DNA of 64,000 nt from Patescibacteria group bacterium (GTDB lineage Bacteria > Patescibacteriota > Patescibacteriia > GWA2-46-9): NCBI GenBank assembly GCA_041660005.1, contig JBAZXG010000001.1, forward strand, positions 158,565-222,564, written 5' to 3'. Below are positions 27,637 through 37,309 of this stretch, piece after piece. The notes under the pieces were generated by a model, which did not search any database, was not told where the DNA came from, and saw only the letters and a list, made by a program, of their open reading frames with translations. The position numbers were made by a program, and so were the translations under genes. Each line of letters starts with the position of its first letter. Within the stretch, counting starts at the first letter, position 1.

Positions 27637-28840
27637 CGCCGACACCATACGCAAGGATTTTCCGGCATTCAAAACGGACAATAAACAGCTTTGCTACCTT
27701 GATAGTGCGGCGACCACTTTAAAACCCGCAGCGGTCATTGCGGCACTTCAGGAGCACTACGCACATGGACTTAGCACTGCACATGAGGCACTCTACACGC
27801 TTGGTCAAAAAAGTACGCAACAATACGAAGCGGCGCGCAGCACCATACAGCAGGCTATCAATGCCGCGCACTCGGACGAAATTATTTTTACTTCCGGTAC
27901 AACGGCAGGATTAAACCTCATCGCAGAAACCTACGGGCGAAAACATCTCGTGCCGGGTGACAATGTGGTGATTTCCATAATGGAGCACCATGCCAATCTG
28001 GTACCGTGGCAGAGAATATGCAAAGAACGAGGGGCTGAACTAAGAGCCATAACCCTCACGCCACAAGGTGAACTAGACCTCGCAAATGCACAAAAACTCA
28101 TTGATAAAAAAACAAAAGTTGTAGCTATAACGCACGCCTCTAACGTACTCGGCACCGTGAACCCAATTTCCGAACTTGCCAAAGTAGCGCATTCCGTCGG
28201 TGCAATACTCATTGCCGATGGGGCACAAGCGCTCGCGCATATACCGATTGACGTTCAAGAGCTTGATGTCGACTTCTATGCCGCGTCCGGACATAAATGC
28301 TACGGACCCGGCGGTATTGGATTTCTCTACGGTCGACATGAACTTCTCAATGATCTCGCCCCTTACCAAGTCGGCGGTCGCATGGTTGAACAAGTAACAC
28401 TAGAAAAAACAACATTCGCACCGCCGCCCTACCGATTCGAGGCCGGAACACCAAATGTAGGCGGTGCTATTGGGTTTGCCGCCGCACTCACCTACCTTGC
28501 TAAGTTACCTATTAAAGAACGCCTAGCGCATGAGGCAACGTTAACGAAACGAGCGCTCGACGCACTCAACAATACTGAAGGCGTGACTATCGTCGGTGCA
28601 CCCAAAAAACGTATCGGCGTTATTTCATTTACGGTTGCCGGCGTTCACCCCCACGATGTTGTAGCCGTTGCCGACGAAGAAAGTGTGGCACTACGCGCCG
28701 GCGACCATTGTGCACAACCGCTTATGCAATTTCTTGGCCTCTCTGGAACCGTGCGCCTTTCGTTCGGAGTCTACAGTACATTGACTGATATCGATGCCCT
28801 TGTGCGTGCACTGCATCGCGCTCAAAAACTCTTTGCTTAA
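27626..28840 (+). CDS. sufS: SufS cysteine desulfurase
   Basis: YLDSAATT, MEHHANLVPWQ, SGHKCYGP, FEAGTP, HPHD, RAGDHCAQP. Confidence 0.95.
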   Translation: MPFDADTIRKDFPAFKTDNKQLCYLDSAATTLKPAAVIAALQEHYAHGLSTAHEALYTLGQKSTQQYEAARSTIQQAINAAHSDEIIFTSGTTAGLNLIAETYGRKHLVPGDNVVISIMEHHANLVPWQRICKERGAELRAITLTPQGELDLANAQKLIDKKTKVVAITHASNVLGTVNPISELAKVAHSVGAILIADGAQALAHIPIDVQELDVDFYAASGHKCYGPGGIGFLYGRHELLNDLAPYQVGGRMVEQVTLEKTTFAPPPYRFEAGTPNVGGAIGFAAALTYLAKLPIKERLAHEATLTKRALDALNNTEGVTIVGAPKKRIGVISFTVAGVHPHDVVAVADEESVALRAGDHCAQPLMQFLGLSGTVRLSFGVYSTLTDIDALVRALHRAQKLFA

Positions 28841-28841
28841 T

Positions 28842-29579
28842 ATGTCGATGCTTGAGAATCTCTATCAAGACATCATTCTTGAACACAGCAAACACCCAAA
28901 ACACTTTGGACTGCCGCAAAATGTTTCGCGACAAAAACAACTTACAAACCGTACTTGCGGAGATCGCTTCACGCTCGCATTATTCATAACTAACGAAACG
29001 ATTACCGACATTGGCTTTATCGGCTCCGGGTGCGCCATCGCTACTGCCTCAGCTTCGCTCATGACCGACATCATAAAGGAATCTTCGACAAAAAAGGCCA
29101 CTGACCTGGCTCGTGCCATGCATCGCTTCATTGTCCAAGACGGAGATTTGCCGCACATACGTCTCGCACCCTTTGCTGGCGTTATTCATTACCCTAGTCG
29201 CCACGACTGCGCGCTGCTCGTTTGGAGCGGACTTACGGCATTACTCGAAAATCCGCCAGAAGCAACTGCAAACAGAAATGAACAGCTGAGAGAAAATATT
29301 ATTACTACGCTCAGAACCATCTACGATCCAGAAGTACCTATAAACATCTATGACTTGGGTTTTATTTATAAAATAGAAGTCGAGCAAAACGGAAGTGTCG
29401 CGATTATCATGACGCTCACAACACCGCAATGCCCGGTAGCAGAGACTCTACCGCGCGAAGTGCAGAGACGAGTTGCAACAGTCCAGGGTGTCAAAGACGT
29501 CCACGTAACTCTTACCTTCGATCCGCCCTGGAGTAAACAAAAAATGTCGCCGGACGCACGTCTAGCGCTCGGTATGTAA
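28842..29579 (+). CDS. sufU: SufU-SufT(DUF59) fusion protein
   Basis: N-terminal LYQDIILEH, TCGD, GCAI, RHDCA; C-terminal IYDPEVPINIYDLGFIY, TLTTPQCP, FDPPW. Confidence 0.88.
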   Translation: MSMLENLYQDIILEHSKHPKHFGLPQNVSRQKQLTNRTCGDRFTLALFITNETITDIGFIGSGCAIATASASLMTDIIKESSTKKATDLARAMHRFIVQDGDLPHIRLAPFAGVIHYPSRHDCALLVWSGLTALLENPPEATANRNEQLRENIITTLRTIYDPEVPINIYDLGFIYKIEVEQNGSVAIIMTLTTPQCPVAETLPREVQRRVATVQGVKDVHVTLTFDPPWSKQKMSPDARLALGM

Positions 29580-31026
29580 GCCAAATAAAAAACACACCGT
29601 ACCACATTAAAACTACCCCGAGAGGTACGGTGAGAGTAAAAGAACTCCAGCTAAACGACCCCCCAAGCTGAATGGTGCCAAGCACAAAACGCGCCCCAAG
29701 CTCTGCTGGTAACCCAACCCATGACCCCAGAGGAGAAAACAATAGCGAAGTCACGAGTCCAAAAAAACCAAAAAGCATGATAAACGGTATGAATGGTACA
29801 ACAATCATGTTAATAAGCGGCGAGATGAGTGAAAACGTACCAAATTGATAAAGGAGAACTGGAAAAACGCTTAGCTCTGCAGCTATACTCATGAGCAGTG
29901 CTTCTTTAAACTTGAAAAACTCTGGAAGAGTGCGCGTTAAGCGTTCAAGTACTGGGTAGAGATAAATAATGCCAACGGTGGCGAGAAAAGAAAGCTGAAA
30001 GCCAACGTCGAAAAAGAGTATGCGCGGCTCCACGGCAACCATAAGTGCGGCTGAAAACACGAGCGCATTACCAACCGATGCGCGTCGACCGAGAGAACGC
30101 GCCAGCACCACCAACATCCCCATAATGGCTGCACGTACAACTGAAGCCCCAGCACCAACCATTAACACAAAGAGGGCGAGCATTGCCCCGATAACAGCTA
30201 TATGCCAACGGCGTGGGACAGATAATGTTTGCAAAAACAGTGTTAAAAATCCGGCAATGATACTAATATTAAAACCAGAAAGCGCAACCAGGTGAACCGT
30301 ACCGGTTGCAATGAGGACATCTCTCCACTCTGCAGAAAGTGCGCTCGAGCCGCCGATTAATAGCCCACTAATGAGGCCACCGGCATCCGTCGAAAAAGAA
30401 GCGGCAACCCCCGCGACGAGCCGAAGACGAAGACGCAGCAACAAGGCTCTTAGTGAAGTCCCAGTTGCTTCAGAGAGCACTTTCACCCTAGGAAAGGCGC
30501 ACTCAGGATCTCCACTGCTAACACCAAAAGTACTCGCTGAAAGCTGACAGTTAAGTTGTAACCTATCACCAAGATGAACTTGGATACTGGGGTCGGTAAC
30601 GACGTTTACTTCTTCTGAAACCGGCAAATCCGCACCATCAACCTGATCAACTCGAACCGTAAAACTCTCTGCATTACGTAACGCTTTAGGAGGAGAAACG
30701 GCTGCACCTTCCAGAATGTGCCGTTCATGAAGCGCCGGCAAAAGCGTATTTTGTGCTCTTAATAACTCACCTGCGCGTGCACGAAAACCGCCAAGCGTAA
30801 AGGCAAGAACAATAGCTATGATTGCTGCGGGCAGAGGAAAACGATATAAGGTCAAAACAAAAATGATGAATAGCACCCAGGACAAACTAAAGGAAACAAG
30901 GAGTGGAATCGGGACCAAGAGACCAAGCCCGACTCCTGCTAAAAACGAAAGGCAGACAAAAAAGAATGTCCAAGAAGGGCTCACTTTTTGCTGTATCAAT
31001 GACAGAACATCCCTCCTAATGTCCAC
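29512..31026 (-). CDS. comEC: ComEC/Rec2 competence protein (no beta-lactamase domain)
   Basis: TGTVHLVALSGFNI, ASVVRAAIMG, DVGFQLSFLATVGI. Confidence 0.9.
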   Translation of the reverse strand: MDIRRDVLSLIQQKVSPSWTFFFVCLSFLAGVGLGLLVPIPLLVSFSLSWVLFIIFVLTLYRFPLPAAIIAIVLAFTLGGFRARAGELLRAQNTLLPALHERHILEGAAVSPPKALRNAESFTVRVDQVDGADLPVSEEVNVVTDPSIQVHLGDRLQLNCQLSASTFGVSSGDPECAFPRVKVLSEATGTSLRALLLRLRLRLVAGVAASFSTDAGGLISGLLIGGSSALSAEWRDVLIATGTVHLVALSGFNISIIAGFLTLFLQTLSVPRRWHIAVIGAMLALFVLMVGAGASVVRAAIMGMLVVLARSLGRRASVGNALVFSAALMVAVEPRILFFDVGFQLSFLATVGIIYLYPVLERLTRTLPEFFKFKEALLMSIAAELSVFPVLLYQFGTFSLISPLINMIVVPFIPFIMLFGFFGLVTSLLFSPLGSWVGLPAELGARFVLGTIQLGGSFSWSSFTLTVPLGVVLMWYGVFFIWLTYRALDVRPATFFVYSRADRR

Positions 31027-31038
31027 AACCCTGAATTA

Positions 31039-32152
31039 TTATTTCTTAGCCAGCCGCTGGCGTTTCTCAACTTCCCATTTAAGGTACGCCTCAACAAATG
31101 ATTCAAACTTACCATCCAACACCGCATCAGTATCACTCGTTTCAAAACCCGTACGGTGATCTTTCACTAGGCGGTAGGGCTGCAAAACATAGGAACGCGC
31201 CTGACTCCCCCACTCTGCAGACTGGAATTCACCGCGCAACTCTTGGCGCTCTTCCGCTTGCTCAGCAACAGCTACCCGATGTAACTTAGCTTGTAAAATT
31301 TTCAATGCTGTTTCACGGTTCTGTTGCTGAGACCGCTCATTTTGACAGCTCACCGTAATGCCCGTTGGAATATGCACAATGCGCACCGCAGAATACGTGG
31401 TATTCACTGACTGACCGCCATGACCCGAGGAAAGAAATGTATCAACGCGCAAATCTTTAGGATCAATCACCTGCTCTTCGATCTCCTCAAGCTCAGGAAG
31501 GACCTCCACAAGTGCAAACGATGTATGGCGCATTTTTTCAGCATCGAAAGGCGAAATACGTACCAGTCGATGAACGCCGTGCTCCCCCTTAAGGTAGCCA
31601 TAGGCGTAACGCCCGTGGAAATGAACGGTCACGGTTTTTATGCCGGCCTCCTGACCCCGATGTTCGTCAATAATACGCGCGGTTAAGGCATGCCGCTCGG
31701 CAAAACGAAGATACATGCGTAAAAGCATTTCTGCCCAATCTTGTGCTTCGGTCCCTCCGCTGCCGGCATGAATCGCCACAATAGCATTGCGCTCATCATA
31801 GCGCCCTTGAAAGAGCGTCGAAAACTCTAAGGCCTGAAATTGCACTAGTAGCTTTTTGTACTCGCCTTCAACCTCAGCTGCCATAGCGTCATCATCGCTC
31901 GTACTTGCTGCTAACGTTGCAAGATCATCAATCGCCTGAAGTAACGTATTCCAAATATTCAGCTCTTCGCGCAATCCACCCGCCCGCTCTGCTTGCTTGG
32001 CGGCGTTCGCCCGGTTGTCCCAGAAACCAGGGCGGCTCATGGCCGCTTCGATGGTTGTCAATTCTGCGTTGCGTCCAGGAAGGTCAAAGCAACCCCCGCG
32101 TCTCGACCACACGGTCGCGAAGGGCGCGGAGGTTGTCCGTTAATTCTCGCAT
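31039..32152 (-). CDS. prfB: Peptide chain release factor 2 (programmed +1 frameshift)
   Basis: ATG 32152 gives MRELTDNLRALRDRVVETRGLL then CTT TGA C at 32089-32083 with an internal GGGGG SD; SPF and GGQ motifs are in the +1 frame. Confidence 0.96.
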
Positions 32153-32153
32153 A

Positions 32154-33440
32154 TTACTTCCGCTCAACTAAAGTGACGGTAACCATCCGCTCTTTTCCTG
32201 CGGTCATCACTTTGAGTGGAACTTGTTCATCAACAGTATGCTGGGCGATGAGCGTAGAGAGTGTGTGGTCAGTATCAATCCTCGTACTGCCAATCTCCAA
32301 AATAATGTCGTTCTCCTTAAGGCCGGCTTTGTCTGCCGGACTACCGGGTGTTACGGCAAAATCAGTGCTCGTCTCTCCGCGCACGATGAGTGCACCATAG
32401 CTAACGGGTAGCTGGTTCTTTTTTGCCAGCGCATCATCAATGATGACATAGCGAACACCCAAGAATGGTCGAATGATACGTCCATTTTTTTTCACACTGT
32501 CTACCACCTGTTTCACCTCATTGGCTGGAATAGCAAACCCAATATTCTGCCCATTACTAGCCATAGCCGTATTAATACCAACCACTTCACCATTTAAATT
32601 AGCAAGTGGTCCGCCCGAATTTCCTGCATTAATGGCAGCGTCTGTTTGCACAACGCCGGAGAGCTGCTCTGTACCAAATGCTGAACCAGAAGCAGTAATA
32701 GACCGAGCCAGCCCAGAAATAACGCCGACCGAGACAGTATTGCGAAATTCTCCGAGCGCATTACCAATGGCAATGGCTGTTTGTCCCAATTCGAGTTTGT
32801 CAGAGTCACCAAAGGTAACCGTGGGGAAATTACTGCCCTCTACTTTAACAACAGCGAGGTCATTAGCCGGATCGCGAGCCAGGACTTTGGCGGATAACTT
32901 CCGTCCGTCATTCAGTAAAACGGTATACTCAGCACTCTCGTCTGCAACAACATGTTTATTGGTCACGATGAGACCATCGCTCGTTACAAAGAACCCCGTA
33001 CCACCGCCAACTTCCTGCTTCTGGGTACCACCACTAGAATCTGAAGAAGGTGGTTGAGAAGGTGTTGGCACCTGACCGAAAAAATTACCAAAAAACGGAC
33101 CATTAAAAAATCCGAACGGCGCTGCATTCGACGGAACCTGCGGCACATCCTTCATAATAACAATACTGACGACAGCCGGCTTCAGTTTACGCACAGCTTC
33201 AACAACACCACCTTGTCTGTTCTCTGCACTGTCCGCTACGGTACCCGTATCTTTATTCTTGCTAACTAGCTGACCAGGGTGCGTTAACTGCGCCAAGGTC
33301 GTACCAAAAGTGTCATTCAGCACGGTAGCGCCAACAACACCAAAGAGCGCCCCACTCGCAGCACCCACAAGAAAACTAACCAAAAAAACGGCAATGAAGA
33401 GTGACTTTGACTCTTCGTAAAGTTGGTTTAATGATTTCAT
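32154..33440 (-). CDS. htrA: HtrA/DegP serine protease with one PDZ domain
   Basis: TNKHVV, DLAV, QTDAAINAGNSGGPL, PDZ (GSPADKAGLKENDII); N-terminal TM. Confidence 0.93.
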   Translation of the reverse strand: MKSLNQLYEESKSLFIAVFLVSFLVGAASGALFGVVGATVLNDTFGTTLAQLTHPGQLVSKNKDTGTVADSAENRQGGVVEAVRKLKPAVVSIVIMKDVPQVPSNAAPFGFFNGPFFGNFFGQVPTPSQPPSSDSSGGTQKQEVGGGTGFFVTSDGLIVTNKHVVADESAEYTVLLNDGRKLSAKVLARDPANDLAVVKVEGSNFPTVTFGDSDKLELGQTAIAIGNALGEFRNTVSVGVISGLARSITASGSAFGTEQLSGVVQTDAAINAGNSGGPLANLNGEVVGINTAMASNGQNIGFAIPANEVKQVVDSVKKNGRIIRPFLGVRYVIIDDALAKKNQLPVSYGALIVRGETSTDFAVTPGSPADKAGLKENDIILEIGSTRIDTDHTLSTLIAQHTVDEQVPLKVMTAGKERMVTVTLVERK

Positions 33441-33482
33441 ATAGTTACTTTCTACTGTACGAAAAAGTTGGCATGGGGTCAA

Positions 33483-33893
33483 TTACCCCGCCCCAGAGGG
33501 GACGGGGTATATAATGGTATTTTTGTCTTCTGTGTTGTAACCTCGCGGCAAGCCGACGAGGTATTGGGGACAAAAAATAATGCAAGCTGCGTCCACCTTA
33601 TCCTCTACAAAGTGCACACCCTCATGTTCTAAGAGTTGACGTTTTCTTCTGGCGCCTCCGCTGTAGCCGCCCAGTTCTCCATTAGCACGCACTACCCGAT
33701 GACAAGGTATGGTGGTTTTTGCCTGCGAACCTCCTAAAAAAGCCGGGTACGGGTTTTTAGAAAGCGCACTACCGACCGCTCGAGCAGCATTCGGAGAGCC
33801 AACAGCTCGGGCGATCCGTTCATAAGTAGTTACCCGACCACGCGGCACACCAACGACGGCTTGCCATACCCGCTCAGAAAACGAACGTTCCAT
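33483..33893 (-). CDS. ogt: Methylated-DNA--protein-cysteine methyltransferase (DNA-binding domain only), C-terminus derived from a repeat element
   Basis: VPRGRVTTY, ARAVGSAL, IPCHRVV (active-site Cys), GGYSGG. Confidence 0.85.
   Translation of the reverse strand: MERSFSERVWQAVVGVPRGRVTTYERIARAVGSPNAARAVGSALSKNPYPAFLGGSQAKTTIPCHRVVRANGELGGYSGGARRKRQLLEHEGVHFVEDKVDAACIIFCPQYLVGLPRGYNTEDKNTIIYPVPSGAG
33484..33577. repeat. Composite palindromic module C (unfilled form)
   Basis: taccccgccccagaggggacggggta + taatgg-ta-tttttgtc...acctcgcggcaagccgacgaggt...gacaaaaa; 2 mismatches to 20135-20193. Confidence 0.85.
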
Positions 33894-33896
33894 GTG

Positions 33897-34235
33897 CTAA
33901 CGTGTTTTGTCGGGCACGCTAACACCAATACTCTTAGCGTAATTAACGATTTCTTGCCACGATGGAGTTGAAGAAGTACCCGCCGCACCAGAGGAAGCAC
34001 CACGCTGTATATCGCTCATGGGACCGAGCAACTCCTGATACTGTTGCAAATACGGTTTAATAAGCGGCGGTAAGTAAAAAAAAGCAATAATAAGCGGAGC
34101 AACAATGAGTATAAGATAAATAACACTCACGACGGTACGCATGGCCATCGAACGGCGTACCTTCTTCATCATGGTGTGCATTTCGCGGGAAAGTTGCAAA
34201 TTTTCCTCAAGCATTTTCCGTATATCTTCTTCCAT
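33897..34235 (-). CDS. Small membrane protein (coiled coil plus TM)
   Basis: LEENLQLSREM heptads followed by one TM; co-oriented in the operon. Confidence 0.7.
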   Translation of the reverse strand: MEEDIRKMLEENLQLSREMHTMMKKVRRSMAMRTVVSVIYLILIVAPLIIAFFYLPPLIKPYLQQYQELLGPMSDIQRGASSGAAGTSSTPSWQEIVNYAKSIGVSVPDKTR

Positions 34236-34252
34236 AAATTTTATCTCTTTAA

Positions 34253-34756
34253 TTATGCTTTCTTATGCGCATGCTTTTTGCGCTTTGGCAATAATCTACG
34301 CATACGGCTTGGTGTGAGGCGAAGAATCGCTCGGTGAAAAGCAGCTGCATCGCTGAATGCCTGGTAGACTGAAGCGAAACGAATAAACGCAACCTCATCA
34401 ACGCGTTTTAGCCGCCGCATGACAATTTCGCCGATCTCCTGCGAGGTCACCTCTGGTTTACGCAATATCTGAATGTCCTGTTCAATGATTTGAACCAATC
34501 GATCGAGATCATCTTTGGTAAGTGGACGTTTTTCAAATGCTTTCTTAATGCCCGCAAGCACTTTTTCGCGTGCGTACGGTTCACGTCCGCCGGTACGCTT
34601 CACAACGGTAAGGTCTAAAATTTGTACTTCTTCCACAGTCGAGAACCGAAATTCGCACGCGCCGCAATCGCGTCGACGACGTATAGCGATGCCGCTACCC
34701 GTTAAGCGCGAATCAATGACCTTAGTGTCCGGCTCTCCACACGCTGGGCAGCGCAT
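34253..34756 (-). CDS. nrdR: Transcriptional repressor NrdR
   Basis: MRCPAC, KVIDSR, IRRRRDC..C..RFST, ATP cone, VAFIRFASVY. Confidence 0.96.
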   Translation of the reverse strand: MRCPACGEPDTKVIDSRLTGSGIAIRRRRDCGACEFRFSTVEEVQILDLTVVKRTGGREPYAREKVLAGIKKAFEKRPLTKDDLDRLVQIIEQDIQILRKPEVTSQEIGEIVMRRLKRVDEVAFIRFASVYQAFSDAAAFHRAILRLTPSRMRRLLPKRKKHAHKKA

Positions 34757-34760
34757 GCAG

Positions 34761-35966
34761 CTAATTCATCTTACGCCGAATGAAGGCGGGAATGTCTAAA
34801 TCTTCCTCGTCGTCTTTCCTTTTCGGTTCAGGCGTCGCTTCAAAATTGCTGGTAGATCGAGCAGCGCGCGTGCGGAAAATGGCTTTGGTGTCCGGGGTTT
34901 CTTCTGGTTCATCTATCTCATCGTCATCTTCTATCTCGTCTTTTTTCTCAAGGTAGCGATTTGCAGTGTAGGTTGGCGTAGCATCGGGTGCTTTGCTATG
35001 CGCCGGACGCGGGGTTCCGCTAAAACCGGAAGCAATAACCGTAACGCGAACTTCTCCCTTCATGCTTTCGTCAATCACCGTACCGAAAATAACCCGAGCA
35101 TTTTCGTCTGCTGAATTGGTAATAATTTTTGCCGCGTCGTTCACCTCGTGCATACCGAGATCGATGCCGCTCGTAATAACGAAGAGAATACCACGCGCAC
35201 CTTCAATGGAGGATTCGAGCAAGGGACTGGTGATCGCAGCTTTTGCTGCAGTCACCGCGCGGTTCTCGCCAGTACCTTTACCAATACCCATCAGCGCAGA
35301 GCCAGCGTTATGCATAATAGATTTAACGTCAGCGAAGTCGACATTCACAAGACCGGGCATGGTAATCAAATCAGAGATACCTTCAACGCCTTGGCGCAGT
35401 ACCTCGTCAACGGTTCTGAACGATTCCAGAAGCGTCGTTTTTTTATCGACAATTTGTAAAATGCGGTCATTCGGAATGACAATAATGGCGTCAACTTTTT
35501 CAGCGAGGTCATCATAGGCTTGTTCGGCAATAGTCCGTCGTTGAACACCCTCAAATGAAAATGGCTTCGTGACTACCGCAATAGTGAGTGCACCGAGATC
35601 ACGCGCGATTTCAGCAACTATCGGTGAAGCACCGCTGCCAGTACCACCGCCAAGACCACACGTAATGAACACCATATCAGCACCCTTCAGAAGATCGCGT
35701 ATTTCATTTTGCGCCTCTTCGGCGGCTTTGCGTCCGAGATCGGGGTTCATGCCGGCACCAAGACCGCGCGTGACTGTTTTACCAATATGGAGCTTTGTAG
35801 GTGCCTTGGTGTAATGCAGTGCTTGGACATCGGTGTTCATGACAATGAATTCGACGCCTTTAATCTTGGCTTCAACCATGCGGTTTACTGCCGAAGACCC
35901 GCCGCCGCCAATACCAACAACTTTAATCTTAGCGATTGTTTCAATGTCTGGTTTCACTTCGGCCAT
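34761..35966 (-). CDS. ftsZ: Cell division protein FtsZ
   Basis: GGGTGSG, VNVDFADV, C-terminal LDIPAFIR. Confidence 0.98.
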   Translation of the reverse strand: MAEVKPDIETIAKIKVVGIGGGGSSAVNRMVEAKIKGVEFIVMNTDVQALHYTKAPTKLHIGKTVTRGLGAGMNPDLGRKAAEEAQNEIRDLLKGADMVFITCGLGGGTGSGASPIVAEIARDLGALTIAVVTKPFSFEGVQRRTIAEQAYDDLAEKVDAIIVIPNDRILQIVDKKTTLLESFRTVDEVLRQGVEGISDLITMPGLVNVDFADVKSIMHNAGSALMGIGKGTGENRAVTAAKAAITSPLLESSIEGARGILFVITSGIDLGMHEVNDAAKIITNSADENARVIFGTVIDESMKGEVRVTVIASGFSGTPRPAHSKAPDATPTYTANRYLEKKDEIEDDDEIDEPEETPDTKAIFRTRAARSTSNFEATPEPKRKDDEEDLDIPAFIRRKMN

Positions 35967-35989
35967 AAAACGTAATGAGTATCAAAAAA

Positions 35990-37237
35990 TTATGGAAGGA
36001 GGGACGAAAACCACGATCGCACATCTTTGACAAACTTGCCGGCGTCCACATGGGATAGCATACCCCCTAATCGTCCGCCTTGCTCGCGCGTTGCTGCTTC
36101 ACCCCAGAGCACTAAACCGAGAGCCGTGGCAAACGAGACGTCATTCACTGAATCAACAGCACTCATAAAACTGGCGCGGGGTTCGCCCAAGGTTACCGGC
36201 AAACGCAATCTGCGCTTGGCGAGGTCAATAAGGTTAGGAATCTTCGCGCCGCCACCTACGAATACAACACCTGCGGGTAGCATACCCGAGCGGTCTACTT
36301 TCTTCAAGATTCCATCTACTTTGTCCAGAATTTCCTCAAGTCGTGCCTCAATGATTTCTGCCACATAGCGGCGCGAAACGACTTCTCCTTCTTCGCCTCC
36401 AAATTCAGCTAAGTCAATTTCCTCTCGCTTGTTCACATTCTTAGCGTCAGCCGTGCCGTAGTTAAGCTTAATCTGGTCAGCAATATCAAGCGAAGTTCTG
36501 AGACCAATCGCAATATCAGCAGTCACATGCTCGGAACCGAGTGGTAGCACTTCTGCGGCCAGGAGATCCCCCTCTTCAAATACGGCCACACTCGTGGTCG
36601 CCCCTCCCAAATTTACAACAGCAACGCCGAGTTCACGCTGCCGTTCGGTCACGTGGCTTTCTCCTGCGGCCAGCACTGAAAGAATCACTCCTGAAACTCG
36701 AAACCCCGCACGGTACACACAGCGCATGACGTTTTTCAACTGTGCGGAAAGTCCTTGAATAATTGTTGTCTCTACCTCAAGACGAACACCGCTCATACCG
36801 ATAGGGTCCTTAATGCCTGGCTGACTATCAATCGTAAACGTTTTTGGTATGGCGTGCAAAATTTCATAATTCGGCGGCGTCGCCACCGCTCGGGCTGCTT
36901 CAAGAGCTCGATCAATGTCTGATTCTTCAATTTCACCATTGGCCTTACCGACCGCCACCACACCGCGGCTCGGACTCGTAATCACGTGCGGTCCTGAAAT
37001 GCCTACCCAGGCAGACTCAAGCGGTACACCCGTAATACGCTCGGCTTTTTCTTTAGCAGCGCTCAGCGCCGAGGTGGCGTCGTCAAGGCTCGTGATCACC
37101 CCGCGATTAACCCCCTCAGCTGGTACTGAAACGGCGGCAATAACTTGTAACTGCCCCTCTTTCGTGCGTTGTCCGACAATGATCCGAATAGCGGTTGAGC
37201 CAATATCGAGACCAGTAATGATTTCTTGTTGAGCCAT
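35990..37237 (-). CDS. ftsA: Cell division protein FtsA
   Basis: GLDIGST, DPIGMSGVRLE, IIEARLEEI, VGGGAK; adjacent to ftsZ. Confidence 0.97.
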   Translation of the reverse strand: MAQQEIITGLDIGSTAIRIIVGQRTKEGQLQVIAAVSVPAEGVNRGVITSLDDATSALSAAKEKAERITGVPLESAWVGISGPHVITSPSRGVVAVGKANGEIEESDIDRALEAARAVATPPNYEILHAIPKTFTIDSQPGIKDPIGMSGVRLEVETTIIQGLSAQLKNVMRCVYRAGFRVSGVILSVLAAGESHVTERQRELGVAVVNLGGATTSVAVFEEGDLLAAEVLPLGSEHVTADIAIGLRTSLDIADQIKLNYGTADAKNVNKREEIDLAEFGGEEGEVVSRRYVAEIIEARLEEILDKVDGILKKVDRSGMLPAGVVFVGGGAKIPNLIDLAKRRLRLPVTLGEPRASFMSAVDSVNDVSFATALGLVLWGEAATREQGGRLGGMLSHVDAGKFVKDVRSWFSSLLP

Positions 37238-37309
37238 AATGCAATGCTGGGATTATACAATGAAATGTCGCTAAACGCCAAGCGACGTTGCAAGCTTTGA
37301 AAGCTACCT

